DNA of 63,387 bases, the filler included, from Octopus bimaculoides (lineage: Eukaryota): NCBI RefSeq assembly GCF_001194135.2. It is 9 parts of 9 records of this genome, joined end to end, with 100 filler letters (N's around TTAATTAATTAA, not from the genome) between each part and the next. Parts side by side here need not be neighbours in the genome. Positions count along the whole stretch, not along the records: positions 22,357 to 39,978 come from NC_068990.1; 8 more parts are not named here. The stretch is one strand, 5' to 3'. Below are positions 26,554 through 39,059 of this stretch, piece after piece (positions within the stretch are counted from its first letter, which is position 1; the number at the start of each line of letters is the position of its first letter). The translations under genes were made by a program, and so were the position numbers. The notes beneath the pieces are model-generated. The model had not been told where the DNA came from and ran no database searches. It saw only the letters and a list, made by a program, of their open reading frames with translations.

Positions 26554-27119
26554 AGTGAGTGATTGAGTGAGTGAGTGAGAGAGAGAGAACTTAAGAAACT
26601 GTTTAATCGATTGAATACATTTGCAGGAGTGTTGGGTAAATTCGAGAGAGAGAAAGAGAGAGAGAGAGAGAAGAAGGAGGGAGAGGAGGAGAGAGAAGGA
26701 GAGAGGGGGAGAGAGAGGATAGTGAGAGTGGGTATAGAGTGTGAAGTGAGAGACTAAGAAAATGTGTGTGAGAGAGAGAGAAAGTGTGTTTGAGTGTGAG
26801 TGTGTATGTGCATGCGTGTAAAAGAGAAAGAGTGTATGAGTGTGTGTGTATGTGTGAGAGAGAGAGAGAATATATGTGAAAGTGACGTATGTGCGTGTGT
26901 ACGTGTGAATATGTAAAAGCGAGCGCCTGGAAGAAAGTGAGTGTATGTGTGTATGTGTGTGCATGTGTGCGTATGTGTGTGCATGTGAGGGAGCAAGTAT
27001 GTTAGTATATGAAAGAGAGCCAGAGTGTATGTGGGAGTGAATATGTCTGCGTGTATGTGTGTGTATACATGATAGGATGTGCTTATAAGAGAGGGAGTGT
27101 GAGAGAGAGAATGTGTGTG

Positions 27120-27160
<41 letters not shown>

Positions 27161-28055
27161 AAGAGAGAATATGCATGGCAGAGAGAATTTGTAAGACAGA
27201 ATGGGTGCATGAGTGAGAGGGAGAAAGAGAGAGTGTGGGAGAGAGAGAGAGAGAGAAGTCTGGTGATTAAGTGGAAAGGAGATCATTCTGAGAATATTTG
27301 CCATAAAGAATAAGAATAAAAAAAAAGAGGGATAAGTTTAGAGGTAAGTGTGTGGCAGGGAATAGGTTGTAGGGGGTGGAGTATAGATGTAGAGAGAAAA
27401 GAGGAAGGGAGAACAGAGAGAATTTAAACATCAAAGGGGTTGATAAGAGATGGAAAAATAGGAACAGTTGTGCATGAAGGGGAGAAAATAGAATAGAAAG
27501 ACAAAGAAGAAGTTTAGTAAGCTGGAGAATTGCAGAAATAGTGGAAAATATAGAAATTATGGGATAGAAAAATATGAGGTTTGACAGAAAAATTCGAAAG
27601 ATAAACTGGATTGGAGACAGAGAAAGTGGAGAGGAAAAGCGAGAGAAAAGACAAAGAGAGAGAGGAGAAAGGGGGAAAGAGATAGGGAGAGGTGGGGATA
27701 TAGAAAAGGTGATAGAAGGTGGAAAGTGAAAGTAAATAGAAAAAGAGAAATAAAGAGAAAGAATGGGAGAAGAGGAGAAAGGGTTATGAAGTAGTAATAT
27801 AGACAAGGTAGAAAGAAGGTAGAAAGAGACAGTAGAATATATCTGAAAAGAAAAGAAAAGAAAATGAGACAAAAGTAGAAAAACAATATGACAAATAATA
27901 AAAATAACATTACATACAAAGAATAAGGGAATTAGAAATGAAGGATGGAATTCACACCAAATAAATCTTTTATTCTTTGAATATAAAGAAGCAAAATAGA
28001 AAAGAAATAATAAAAAAAGAAAGAGAAATAGAGAACGAGAGAGAGAGAGAGAAAG
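26515..28055. repeat. (GA)n/(GT)n-rich low-complexity, strongly purine-skewed tract
   Basis: Direct inspection. Confidence 0.85.
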
Positions 28056-28234
28056 ATTGGGTTGGGTGTGCCAACACTATCATTGCATACTACGAAACTT
28101 TGTTCTGATAAATATAATTTTCTGCTCAACCAATAACGACATTGCCTTGCTTGCCAATGCCGACTGTGAGCACACTGACATACTCAAGAGATTGTCGGCG
28201 AAGAGAAATTATACTCGGATTGACGCAAGCTTAC

Positions 28235-28319
28235 GTAATAATATGGTTTGTGGTCTTTGACCAAATAGGTTTCTTTGATGCTGCTGTCTTTGGGGTCATA
28301 CTCGGCCAGTATTTGATTT
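28235..28319 (-). CDS. Candidate internal coding exon (NQILAEYDPKDSSIKETYLVKDHKPYYY), unknown protein
   Basis: gacttatag|A acceptor and TAC|gtaagc donor; 85 nt, phase 2 to 0; non-repetitive island between low-complexity tracts. Confidence 0.45.
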
Positions 28320-28624
28320 CTATAAGTCACAAATTATTTGATTTCAGCTTTTGTCTGAAACAGCCTGTGTAATCAGTGACTGGATAAAGAGAGAAGTTGA
28401 AATGCTATGGTTATGGACTAAACCGGGTTTCGGAGAGGGCTGGATGGTGTGGTGGTGGTGGTGGCGACGGCGCTGGTGTTGGTGTTGGTGGTGGCGGTAG
28501 TGGTGATTTGAGGGGTGGTTAGGGGCGGAGGAAGGTTCTAGATATTATTTGTTTGTTTGTTTCAATCGCTATTTATGTGCATGTATGGATGTGTGTATAT
28601 GTATATATAAACCTGTATGTGCGT

Positions 28625-28679
<55 letters not shown>

Positions 28680-28778
28680 TATATATATATATATGTGTAT
28701 GTCTGCGTATGTGTATACCTGCTGCAGTATGCACCATATTAACGAATAAGTGTATACGTATATGGTGCATGTTTGGTA

Positions 28779-28810
<32 letters not shown>

Positions 28811-28970
28811 NNNNNNNNNNNNNNNNNNNNNNNNNNNNNNNNNNNNNNNNNNNNNNNNNNNNNNNNNNNNNNNNNNNNNNNNNNNNNNNNNNNNNNNNNN
28901 NNNNNNNNNNNNNNNNNNNNNNNNNNNNNNNNNNNNNNNNNNNNNNNNNNNNNNNNNNNNNNNNNNNNNN

Positions 28971-29025
<55 letters not shown>

Positions 29026-29995
29026 CGTATGTGTGTGTGTGTACGCATGTATGTATGTATGTATAAATAATTTCATCCGTACATGCGTACATATATGGGT
29101 TTATATGTATATGTATGTATACGCATTTATATATACGTGTTTTTTTACATCCATGTATATTAATATATGCATGCATCTATATACGTATGTGCACATATAT
29201 ATTTATGAACGTATGTCGGTATGCTTTTGTATGCTTGTATGTTTATATGTATGTACTTTGATATGTATGCATGTATGTGTGTATGTATGTATGTATGTAT
29301 GTATGTATGTCTATGCATGTATGTATGTCTATGTATGCATTCACGTATCCATATATATGTATGAATGTATACGTATATTTGGCTATACATGTTTGTATGC
29401 TCGTTTATGTTTATTTCCATTTGTGTGGGTGGGTGTATATGTGTATGTGTATGCGTGCATGTGCGTGTGTATGAAAGAATACATGTATCTATGCTTGCAT
29501 GCGTGTGTGTACGCATAAATATTTATACGTTTGTATGTATGTGCACATATATGGATGTCGTCGCATACAATTTAACTCATTTCAGTCTACTAGTATATTT
29601 GATATACGTGTGTATTTCTCTGTGTAAGTGGAAATTATCGTATATGCGTTTGAAGAAACGTGTTTGTGTGTGTACGTTTCTTTATCTCAAATTGTTTCTG
29701 TATGTGTGTATATTTCTGTGTAAGTAGAGGTGTGCGTGTATATGTGTGTATATTTATTTGTGTATATTATATTTTCTGTTTGTTTACAAACTGTATGCAA
29801 ATATGAACGTAATTTTTCATATCTGCATACATGTATATGTATATAAGTGACTATATATGTATGCATATATATATAATGTGCGCATGTATACATGTTTTGT
29901 GCGTCTATATGAATACATATGAATACATATATGCATGTATGTATCAGTGATTGTATATACATGTAAAGCGTATGTGCATGTTACATGTAATGACT

Positions 29996-30039
<44 letters not shown>

Positions 30040-30389
30040 ATCCATATTTGTATATATGTAAATACGTGCATATATTTGTGTACATATGTGTGTAAATGTC
30101 TGCTTGATTGCATGTGTATATTTATTCGTCAGTATGAATATGTAAATTTATATATATGTAGGTATATATGTATGTATAAATGCTTATGTATAAAATTGTG
30201 TTTGTGATTGTGTGTATGCATAAATGTGTGTGTATGTATGTTTTTATTTCAGTGTCGGAATGTATGTATGTATATATGTGCATGTGTGTGTTTTGTTGCT
30301 CTTTTTTGTTTTGTTTTGTTGGGAGTTTTTTCGTTTGTTTTTTTTCTTTCTTGTTTTCATATTTGTTCTTCTATCTGGTTGATTGGTAA

Positions 30390-31290
30390 AATGAGGGAGG
30401 AAAGAGAAGTGAGGAGAAAGAGAAACTCTGAGAGTAATAGGAGGGATAGGGGAGAGAGAGGAGGTGTGTAGATAAGAACGAATTGAAGCTGCGTGAAGCG
30501 GAGGAGAGTGGTGTGGGAGTGGTCGATGGAGAGGATAGGATAGCCATAGAGAAAGGTGTAGCAGAGAGTAATGTGGATGATAGACGAGCAGATGAGAGAG
30601 GTGGAGAGGAGAGCAGTGGGAAGAGGAGTGATAGAGAGAAGAGTAAGGGAGAGTAAGGGGAAGATGAGGAGAGGTGAACTGAAGAAAGGAAAGCGGTAAA
30701 GAGGAGAGCAATGTAGAGAAGAGAGCAAGGGAGAAGGGAACAAAGAAGAAAGGAGAGCAGAAAATAATGTTGGGGAGGAAAGCAGACGGGAGTAGCGTAG
30801 GGGAGAGTAGATGAGAGTGGTGTAGAGCAAAAAAGAGCGACATAGGGGAAATGAGAGTATGTTGTAAAGGGAAGAGTAGCGGTGTAGAAGAGATAAGATA
30901 GGTGTAGAGCAAAGGGTAGCATAGAGGAGGGGATACTAGTGTAGAGGAGAAAAGAGAGATATCGAGGAGAGGAGAGTGGTGTAGAGGAGAGAAGAGATGA
31001 CAGCTGGAGGGAGTAGTACAGAGAAGAAATATGGACGTGAGAAGAAGAGTGCGGTGAAGAAAAGAGAAGACGAAAGGAAAGTGGAGTTGAGAAACAGAAA
31101 GTTGAGAGGAGTATGTAGAGTAGAGAAAAGCGGAGAGATGCGGGGAGAAGATGCGAATAGTGCGGAGTAAAATATAGAAGAATAGTCTGAATGAAAATAA
31201 TGTAAAACAGGACAGGCCGTTATATAAACCAGAGTAGAGAACAGGAGTGTTGAACAAAGTTATGCATAGAGTAGAACAGTGTAGTGTAAA
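30390..31290. repeat. Degenerate polypurine (GAGAG/GTAGA-like) low-complexity tract
   Basis: Direct inspection; source of the L/S-rich antisense ORFs. Confidence 0.85.
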
Positions 31291-31854
31291 TTAAAGCAAA
31301 TTTGTATTGTAAAATTATGTAGAGTTGTAGCAGAATTTACTGTTATTTTTGTTGTCGTTCTTGTTCTTTTTGTTGCTGCTGCTGTTCGCTGTTCATCAAG
31401 ATGTCAGCCATGATTAAAGAGATGTGTGATCAAAAGGATTTCAATCGTGCATGTCTCGTCACTGCACTCGCAGTCAAAAATTACCCAATGTGTCTTTTCT
31501 ATGAAGGCAAGGCGCAATTCGAGAGAGATTGGTTTGCTATTTCTTGCAAATCGAGTGACCAGTAGTGGTCCCTGTTGGCTCTTGCTGTATCGAGTTATGC
31601 TGATCTGATACATTTCGAGGGGGACAGATTAAGAATAGAAAGTGTGCTATCGTCTGTCAATACTGTCCATGTAGCGCAAGCGTAAGGAAAATGTTTTGAG
31701 CAAGACTAGACCTTCCTCTCTACACTCCTGATATTTATTCAAGGGGAAGAAGGGTCGATACAGTTTGGCAGCAGTGTCATCACAGTCACTGCTGTCAGGA
31801 TGCGAAAAGCCAGGACAAATATCACACGGCATTTTACCCGACTCTACCAGTTAC

Positions 31855-32010
31855 TCTAGTCCACTGCTCTGGATTGATACGTTTTTATCGACTCTAAAAG
31901 ACAAGTAAAGCTGACCTCAGCAGAATTTGAACTCGGAATGCAAAGTCGGAACAGATACCGCGAAGCTTTCTATCTAATAGCCTAACATCGCTCCCAATTC
32001 GCTGCCTTTA
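31855..32010 (-). mobile_element. SINE family A, diverged
   Basis: gacctcagcagaatttgaactc...ccaattcgctgcctt. Confidence 0.6.
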
Positions 32011-33291
32011 TCGTCAAACAAACTATGATACAGTAGGGCGGAAGCAGTAACACCAACATTTCTGTCTATATTTCCACTTCTATAGTTGTACATGTATGAG
32101 GTTTTTTTGTTAGCCACGTTAACATGATTGTTGTTGCGACATGGCTGGTGTAGTTTCTAATCCTGTTGTTGCAAACATGGGTGTTATTGCAACTAACACC
32201 GCAGTTGTTACTGCTAACAGGATTCTTGTTTCTCACACTTGTTGCTGTTCCTAACATGTTACTGCTGCTATTGTTGCTGTTGCTGTTGTCGTGAATATTG
32301 CTGTTGTTGTGAATATTGCTGTTGTCCTTGCTAACATCAGTGCGATTGCTGTAGTTTCTACCAGTTCTTTCTTTTATTATTATTTTGCTAACACAGGTGT
32401 TGTCACTGAGACGGCTTCTGTTCTAGCTAATAAAGCTGTCGTTAATGCTAACACAGCTATTATTGCTAACATTATTATTGTCGTTGTTGCCAAAATGGCT
32501 GTTAGTGGTAACATGTATGCTAGTGGTATTAGTGCTGCGCTAACAACTGAATTAGTGATGGCGTTAACGATAGTGTCTATGGCCATGATAGTGGTGATGT
32601 TGGTGTTAGTGTTAATGCTAGTTAAAGTGGTATTGGTAGTGTTGCTACTGGTAGTGTTGCTATTGGTAGTGTTGCTATTGGTAGAGTTAGCGGTTGTGCT
32701 AGCGGTGTTAGTATAGCTGGTGTTGGGGTGACCTTAATGTTCGCGGTAGCGTTGATGTTGTTGGTAACGGACATATTTACTGACCGCACGTCTTATCACA
32801 CTGGAGAATAGTCATAGAATCATTAGCGAGGGCAATAACAAGTGTGATTTGTGATGGTTGTTAATGTTACAGTTGATGTTTCTAAACATTTGTCTCCTTT
32901 AAATGGTTATCAAATCTGTTGATGGTGGGCTGACATTGTGAAAAACCGACGATAATTGGTGACGGCAACCGAGAGGAGGAAGGAGTAAAAAGAAGAAAAC
33001 TTGAGAATACAGGACTAAAAGTGCAAACCACCCAACTTATACATATTTACACATAGAACACACGCACACAAAAATATGTAGATAGGTATACATACATAGA
33101 TATATACGTACATAGATACATACAGGGATGTGTGTGTTCGTTTTTTTTTTCTCCAAAAAATGCAAACGTATGTTAATGCTACAGTTAAGCAAGAAACTTG
33201 TGTTTATAATCGACAGCTAAGTTGATGAAGTATGCTTCATTGAGGAGAAGAAGAGAAAAGAAAAGAGAATGCCAAACAGAGAGAACACTAT

Positions 33292-33440
33292 ATGTCATCT
33301 AGGTATGTCTGTTGAAATGTTGTTGACAGAAAGAACGCATGTATCATCTAGGTATTTGCATTGAAATTATAATAGAGGGAACGCCATGTGTCATTTAGGT
33401 ATTTGCATTGAAATGTTCCCTAACAGAACAACATATGTCG
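33292..33440. repeat. Degenerate ~47-48-bp tandem repeat, 3 units
   Basis: tcat(c/t)taggtat...ttgaaat cores at 33296, 33344 and 33391. Confidence 0.7.
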
Positions 33441-34499
33441 ACGAGGAATTAACACTGAAATGTTGATAAAGAAAACACCAAACGTTTGTGTTGACTTCAG
33501 TTCCAAATGATAACCCTAAAACATGGAGAGGTATCGAAGCATACACCTCCTTGTGCGAGTGAGTCCCTGTTTTGGGGGCAGAAAAATACAAGGGTGTTGA
33601 TCTGAGACATTGGTAACAATAGTGACTCCTTGTTCGTTGCAGCCTTTGTAAGAGCCGGTGTCGGTGCAGGAATATAAGGCTGGGTACCAGTGTACACATC
33701 CTGATATCAAACAAATTCGTTCTTATATTAGAACAGTATATGCTAAGTTTGCTGATGTGCGTAAAGCTTGGTCAAGCTAGAATTACATAAATTCACATCA
33801 AGCAACGTCGAATATAATATTTTTACGTTGAGTCATATTTACTATCCTTCTCGTTATGTTACCGCAGTGAAAGGACCTCAGAAATCCGAATGTACTTGAA
33901 CGTATTAAAAATTACTTTACACGGATACATGATTATGTAAAACAATAATTAAAACGAAATATGATTTTTAAAATTCTTCTCCGATCTCCATAAGGTTGTC
34001 ATTCTCGCAAGAAGATAGAGCTATAATGATTCAAAAAAGTCTACTGACCCACATGAAGGTCATATTCTCAAGCCTATACTATTCAATCAAATGTGAAAGA
34101 CAACTGAGTTTTTACAAAACAATTGAGTTATTTTGGAAATATTTCCACCTCCACAAAGAGATCCCCAGACCCAAGATAATTTTCCTTTTATTTCATTCGA
34201 TTCTTCTCTCGATCTCGATTCGAGTGGAAACTATGGTTAGTGAGAACGTGAGGTAGCATTCGGCAGTATTGTAAGAAGTAATAACTGGTAATTACTATTG
34301 TTCTTTGTCTTCAAACTGATTAAAAAAAAAAAACTTCTAGGAAATGCGCTAAATATATTTGAATATAACTCAAGTAGCAGAGAAATGGATGATGCGACTC
34401 AAATATGTAACCAAAATAAATATTTTCTTATTTGAAGCTAATAGGAGGAAGGGAAGAAGAGAAAAGTACCCTACATCTTCTTCGAAAACGAAGGAGGGG

Positions 34500-34900
34500 T
34501 GATTTGAAAGAGCTACCGGCTGATGTTTGGAAGCATGTAGATACCATCAACTATGGAAAAATGTATGAGAGTATCTGCTATGTCTTCAAGACATAGATGA
34601 AGGTGATGCAATCAGCGGAGATAGTACGATACACATTCGTCTGTAATTTGTACCGCAGCACAAGGGCCATCGCAATATCATGAGTAACATGTAAGAGCAC
34701 GGTATTGGCAAAGAGGCCGATTTGTAAGTATGGAGATGACGGATAAGAATATGTGGTCGGTCAGGCTCAGTATGGACCTTATGAACCCCGAAAATCACAA
34801 GGCCATTCTAAAATTATTCCCTATTGCAAAATAAATATAAAAAAACATGAAAGTAGTGTGGAAGAGCAGAAAGGCCAGCCGCTATTGTTGCGGCTGCGTC
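34500..34900 (+). mobile_element. Highly decayed RTE-like LINE reverse transcriptase remnant
   Basis: ELPADVWK and VGQAQYG..PRKS..AI resemble the RTE-clade RT motifs LPAEVWK and EQFGFMPGKST.DAI. Confidence 0.45.
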
Positions 34901-35319
34901 GCTTGAGAACTTCCTTCTCTAAGGAATCGAAAAGACTGAGGAAGAGAAAAAAGAACTGAAAAGAGAAAGGAAGAGAAAAAGAAAATGATAGAGAACATTG
35001 TCCAAGACGCTACGCTGTGGGATCCAACCCGAATACCATGGTTGCAAAGCGAGTCAGAGATTACTGTCCCCAACAACTCCGCTGTACATGACAGAAGAGA
35101 ACACCTGCTTGCTATTCCAGAAGTGAACGGTGCCGAATCACTCCTCAGAGCATTATAACCCTATCCTCTTGTGAGAATGGCAACTCGAGACAGAAGAATT
35201 TTTTAAATCATTTTTATTCTAATTATTTATTACATGATTTTTCTATTTGATTTATAAAATTTTTAATATGCTTACCATCTCCCCCATCCCCACCGCAATT
35301 TCTTAATTTGTAGTTTTTC

Positions 35320-35352
<33 letters not shown>

Positions 35353-35879
35353 TTATCTACGTAGAAAAATACAGAGTTTACGAATATGGGAAACACATTT
35401 TTTTATAGTTTAATCTTTCTTAAAGAAGCACTCAATGCTCATTCGACCACCTCGCCCACCCATCACCTGCCCGCTTTCAAAAGCTAAAACCTTCCAATCT
35501 TTCACTTTTGCCTGATGTTTCCTACAAAAAATACCAGACCACAACCAGAAAACCCGACATGCTAAAAACAACAGGTAAACAACATTATTCCCGAAAAAAC
35601 TTTCCCGCTTTCCAAAAAGCTAAAAGTAAAACATTGAGAGTGTGTAACTTTTTGAAAGTAGAGAGGTGATGGGTAAAATTCTTAAAGATTCGTACTCTGT
35701 TTTTTTTCTATGGATTGCCAAGAAAATAAATTTGAAGAAAGGAAAAAATGAATTTGGTGTTGAGAGGGAAAATATTATTATACATATGTGAGTAATTCGG
35801 AGAAACATTACTTTCATTATTCACACATCGTCACTCTTATAATCCAACACTGTCATTTTGGTTCAAATTGAAAGTGTGA

Positions 35880-36262
35880 AACTATTTTCACTTTGTAATG
35901 AAACCTGGTCGTTGTAGAGAAGTGTATTTCAAATAACTATAGCTGGTTGTTGAGATAACGTAGAAAATATGTAAATGATTGTTCTGGTCTTAACACCAGT
36001 TGGTAAGTCTAGAAGTCATTTGACGACACCTTTTTGTTTGTAATTAGCTCTCCTCTCGCAGGTTCAATCCGTATGACATTGAAATGATCCCCATCTTGTC
36101 CATTCCAGAAAATAAGAAGATCCTGGATAGCATCATAAGAGGGATGAGTTTATGAAATAAGTTTCAGGTTGTTATCTCGGACACGAATGAGGATATCATG
36201 ATTTTCATGGGGTTCACCAACCATAAGGATGGCTACTTCAGTAGATGTGGACTCATTAAAAC
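35880..36262 (-). mobile_element. Helitron Rep/helicase remnant
   Basis: FNESTSTEVAILMVGEPHENHDILIRVRDNNLKLIS*THPSYDAIQDLLIFWNGQDGDHFN...NKKVSSNDF*TYQLVLR matches the Helitron FNAP..EVA...RD.....SYD.LQYP..F..G..G.H pattern. Confidence 0.88.
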
Positions 36263-36370
36263 AGCGTAAAATGTTCTTTAGTATAGTTTACTATAGACGT
36301 AACGAACGCAGAAACACACACACACTTACAGACACACTCATAGAATTGATAATATTGAAAACAGCAAAGT

Positions 36371-36582
36371 TGGTGAGCTGGCAGAAACGTTAGCACACCG
36401 GACGAAATGCTTAGCGGTATATCGTCTGTCTTTATGTACTGAATTCAAATTCCGCAGAGGTCGACTTTGCCTTTCATCATTTCGGGGTTGATAAATTAAA
36501 TACCAGTTGCGTACTGAGGTCGATCTAATCGACTGGCCCCTCCCAAAAAATTTCAGGCCTTGTGTCTAGAGTAGAAAAGAAT
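36371..36582 (+). mobile_element. SINE family A
   Basis: Near-consensus copy. Confidence 0.85.
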
Positions 36583-37074
36583 ATTGAGAACAGCAAAACG
36601 TACACACACGAAGTTCAAGCGAAACGAACTGTAGTCAATATAGGTGCAAAACATACTTTCTGTGGCATAGCTATGCTATAAAAAAATACAAAAGTCACCA
36701 ATTTAGCAAACGTTACTATGCGTCACCAAGGTAACAAAGTACAGAAAGTCGACAGAAAAAGAGGGGATTAAGAACTGAACAACATGCATTCACATAAACA
36801 GCAAAATAGAGAGATCAGTGTCGGAATAATAGAGTGGAGGTAGAGTAAGACATAAAGAGAGAAAGAGAAGGAGGGGAAGATAAAGAGAGAAAAACAAATG
36901 AAAGAAACACAAGAGAGCACTAAACGTGAAATTTAAAGCGACATATCACTAATAGCCTAAACTAAATCATACATAAATATACTGTAAGCAAAATATACTA
37001 TTTTGTCCAACCCAACCGCTTTAATTTTATCATGTTCTCTCAGTGACTAGCTGTGGTGGTGGTGTTAGTATGTA

Positions 37075-38296
37075 CGAGGGTCGGCCGCAAAGTTCATAGA
37101 CTGAACAAGATATTCTTATGGAATATGACCAAATGGGGTTTATTTATCAACATAGTTCCCCTTGCAATCCACACTCTTCTTCTATCGATCTGCAGTGCTT
37201 GGTTTCCATTGGCGAAAAAGCTTTCTCTTCAGGCTCAAAAAAAGTCGACAGCAGATATAACGCCATCATCGCTACGATACTGGTTCCCAGCCAAGTAGGG
37301 TTTTTTTTTGTTTTTTGTCTTTTATCTGTTGGGGAACAGATGATAGTCAGGTGGGCCAAAGGAGGAGAATAGGGAGTTTGATAACCAGTTCAAAGCCACA
37401 GTCATGCACACAGGACTTGTGTGCTGAAGCACCGTCCTGATGAAACAAAACTCTTTTCGTCTGTTTTCGCGGGTGTTTGGTCTTGATACCCTTTTGTAAC
37501 TGCCTCAGCAAGTTAGCATAATACTCTTCATTGATGTTGTGGCCCATTTGACGATTAGTCAATCAAGACTGGCTTTTGCATCCCAAACACTTTCTCTGCA
37601 GATGAAATTACCTTGGCCTTCTTTGGTGCAGGTGAAGAGAGGTGTTTCCACTGTATGGATTGTCTCTTTGTCTCTGATTCAAAGTGATGAACCCAACATT
37701 TACCCTTGGTAAGAAAACCTTCAAAGAAGCCAGCTATATCTGCCTGAAATAGTATCGGGTTTTCCCGTGGTGTGATCAACCTGGTGAGCTTTAGATCAGG
37801 TATTAGAAGACGTAGCACCCACCGAGCAGAAACCTTCGTCGTTTCAAGTTCATTGTGCAGAATATTCTCAACTCTACTCTCTCACGGGATATGCTAATAA
37901 TATTAGCTCTTTGATTTGTAGTCAATTGCCTGTCATCCATCACCACGTGATTCATGTTTTTCTCAGTGGCAGCAGTTGCGGGACGTCCGGACATTGGGTC
38001 ATCTTCAATACTCTCTCTTTCCTTCGTAAATTCAGTTGCCCACTTTTGCACTGTTGGTAAAGCTGGAGTGTTATCCCCTAATGTAGCAACCGTGTCAGCA
38101 TGAATGTCCTTGGAGGCTAAGCTCTTTTTCTGCAAACACTTTATAAGAGCACGATGCCAAATTTTCTCGATTTTCAAGAGAAATCGCTACTAGTTACCTT
38201 TGAAGTCTTCTAGAGCTGAAATTAATGCATGAAAAATTTCATTGTCCTGACATCACTTCTTCGGAGTAACCCTATGAACTTTTCAGTCCACCCTCG
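37075..38296 (-). mobile_element. Full-length mariner DNA transposon (irritans/Hsmar2-like TIR), transposase inactivated
   Basis: TIRs cgagggtcggccgcaaagttcataga and the reverse complement of cctatgaacttttcagtccaccctcg (21/26); TA at 37073-74 and 38297-98; 1222 bp. Confidence 0.95.
37150..38177 (-). pseudogene. Mariner transposase pseudogene, frameshifted
   Basis: HRALIK..., EDDPMSGRPATA, WVHHFESETKRQSIQWKH, LFHQDGASAHKS and degenerate PYSPPLA motifs spread over several frames. Confidence 0.92.
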
Positions 38297-38536
38297 TATG
38301 TATGTATGTATGTATGTATGTATGTATGTATGTATGTATGTATGTATGTATGTATGTGTGTATGTATGTATGTATGTATGTATGTATAGCTCAGGGTGAA
38401 CTTTGTGTCCGAACTTTGGTCAAATTTTCAAGTCTCTGCTACACCATCAAGTGATGAAGAAATTATATTCTTCCTTTAGTGTTTTTTTGTTCTTTTTTTT
38501 TTTTATCACGCTTGACTTCGCTGGAAATATACTCAC

Positions 38537-38579
38537 CTTGAGAAAAGGATTGGCTGATCCAAACCGATTTTTCATTCAT
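38537..38579 (-). other. Candidate first exon ending in consensus donor
   Basis: CAAG|gtgagt at 38537/38536; two possible ATGs (MNEKSVWISQSFSQ phase 1; MKNRFGSANPFLK phase 0). Confidence 0.4.
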
Positions 38580-38710
38580 TCCGTTCGATTTATTTCTCGC
38601 TACTGATTCGTTCGAAACGATAGCCAATCACAAGCAATATTGTACATGCAAAGTGGTAACCAGCAAATAACACTGTTGTTTCGTTCCAAAGTAGTTAGCA
38701 AAGCCAATGA
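38547..38710. promoter_or_regulatory. Cluster of three NF-Y-type CCAAT boxes
   Basis: AGCCAAT at 38549-38555 (-), 38622-38628 (+) and 38702-38708 (+); locally CpG-richer. Confidence 0.55.
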
Positions 38711-39059
38711 CAAGATCGGTTTGCAAAAGCATGACCAGTCCTAACGCTTATTACATTTATTCACATTTATTTCGTATGAATCCTTTTCTTTTCTTCCTCA
38801 GTTGTTTAACTCTACCCCATATTTATCGAGTAAAATTAATATCATGTGCCTTAAATATCATAACTTAGTGGTTAAATATTTATCAAGACTTTTGTGCTTA
38901 TATGCTTCATATTAAACGGTTTGGAAAGCTTTACTATCAACCTATGCATGTCTAATTTGAGTCATGATGGATACGACATACAACTTGCAACAAATCTGAA
39001 CCTTGCAACGGAATGTCAACCATTTTGTAGACGTCGCTGCTAAGTACGACTGTACATCT

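Noticed and set aside
31401-31640. Protein-like short ORFs on both strands
   Set aside because: The sequence resembles a dispersed repeat also seen near 47930, 52610 and 56220
33292-33440. CRISPR-like array
   Set aside because: Eukaryotic context, only 3 degenerate units, related linkers and no cas genes
36063-36156. Plus-strand terminal exon FNPYDIEMIPIL...
   Set aside because: It is the antisense of a clear Helitron Rep remnant
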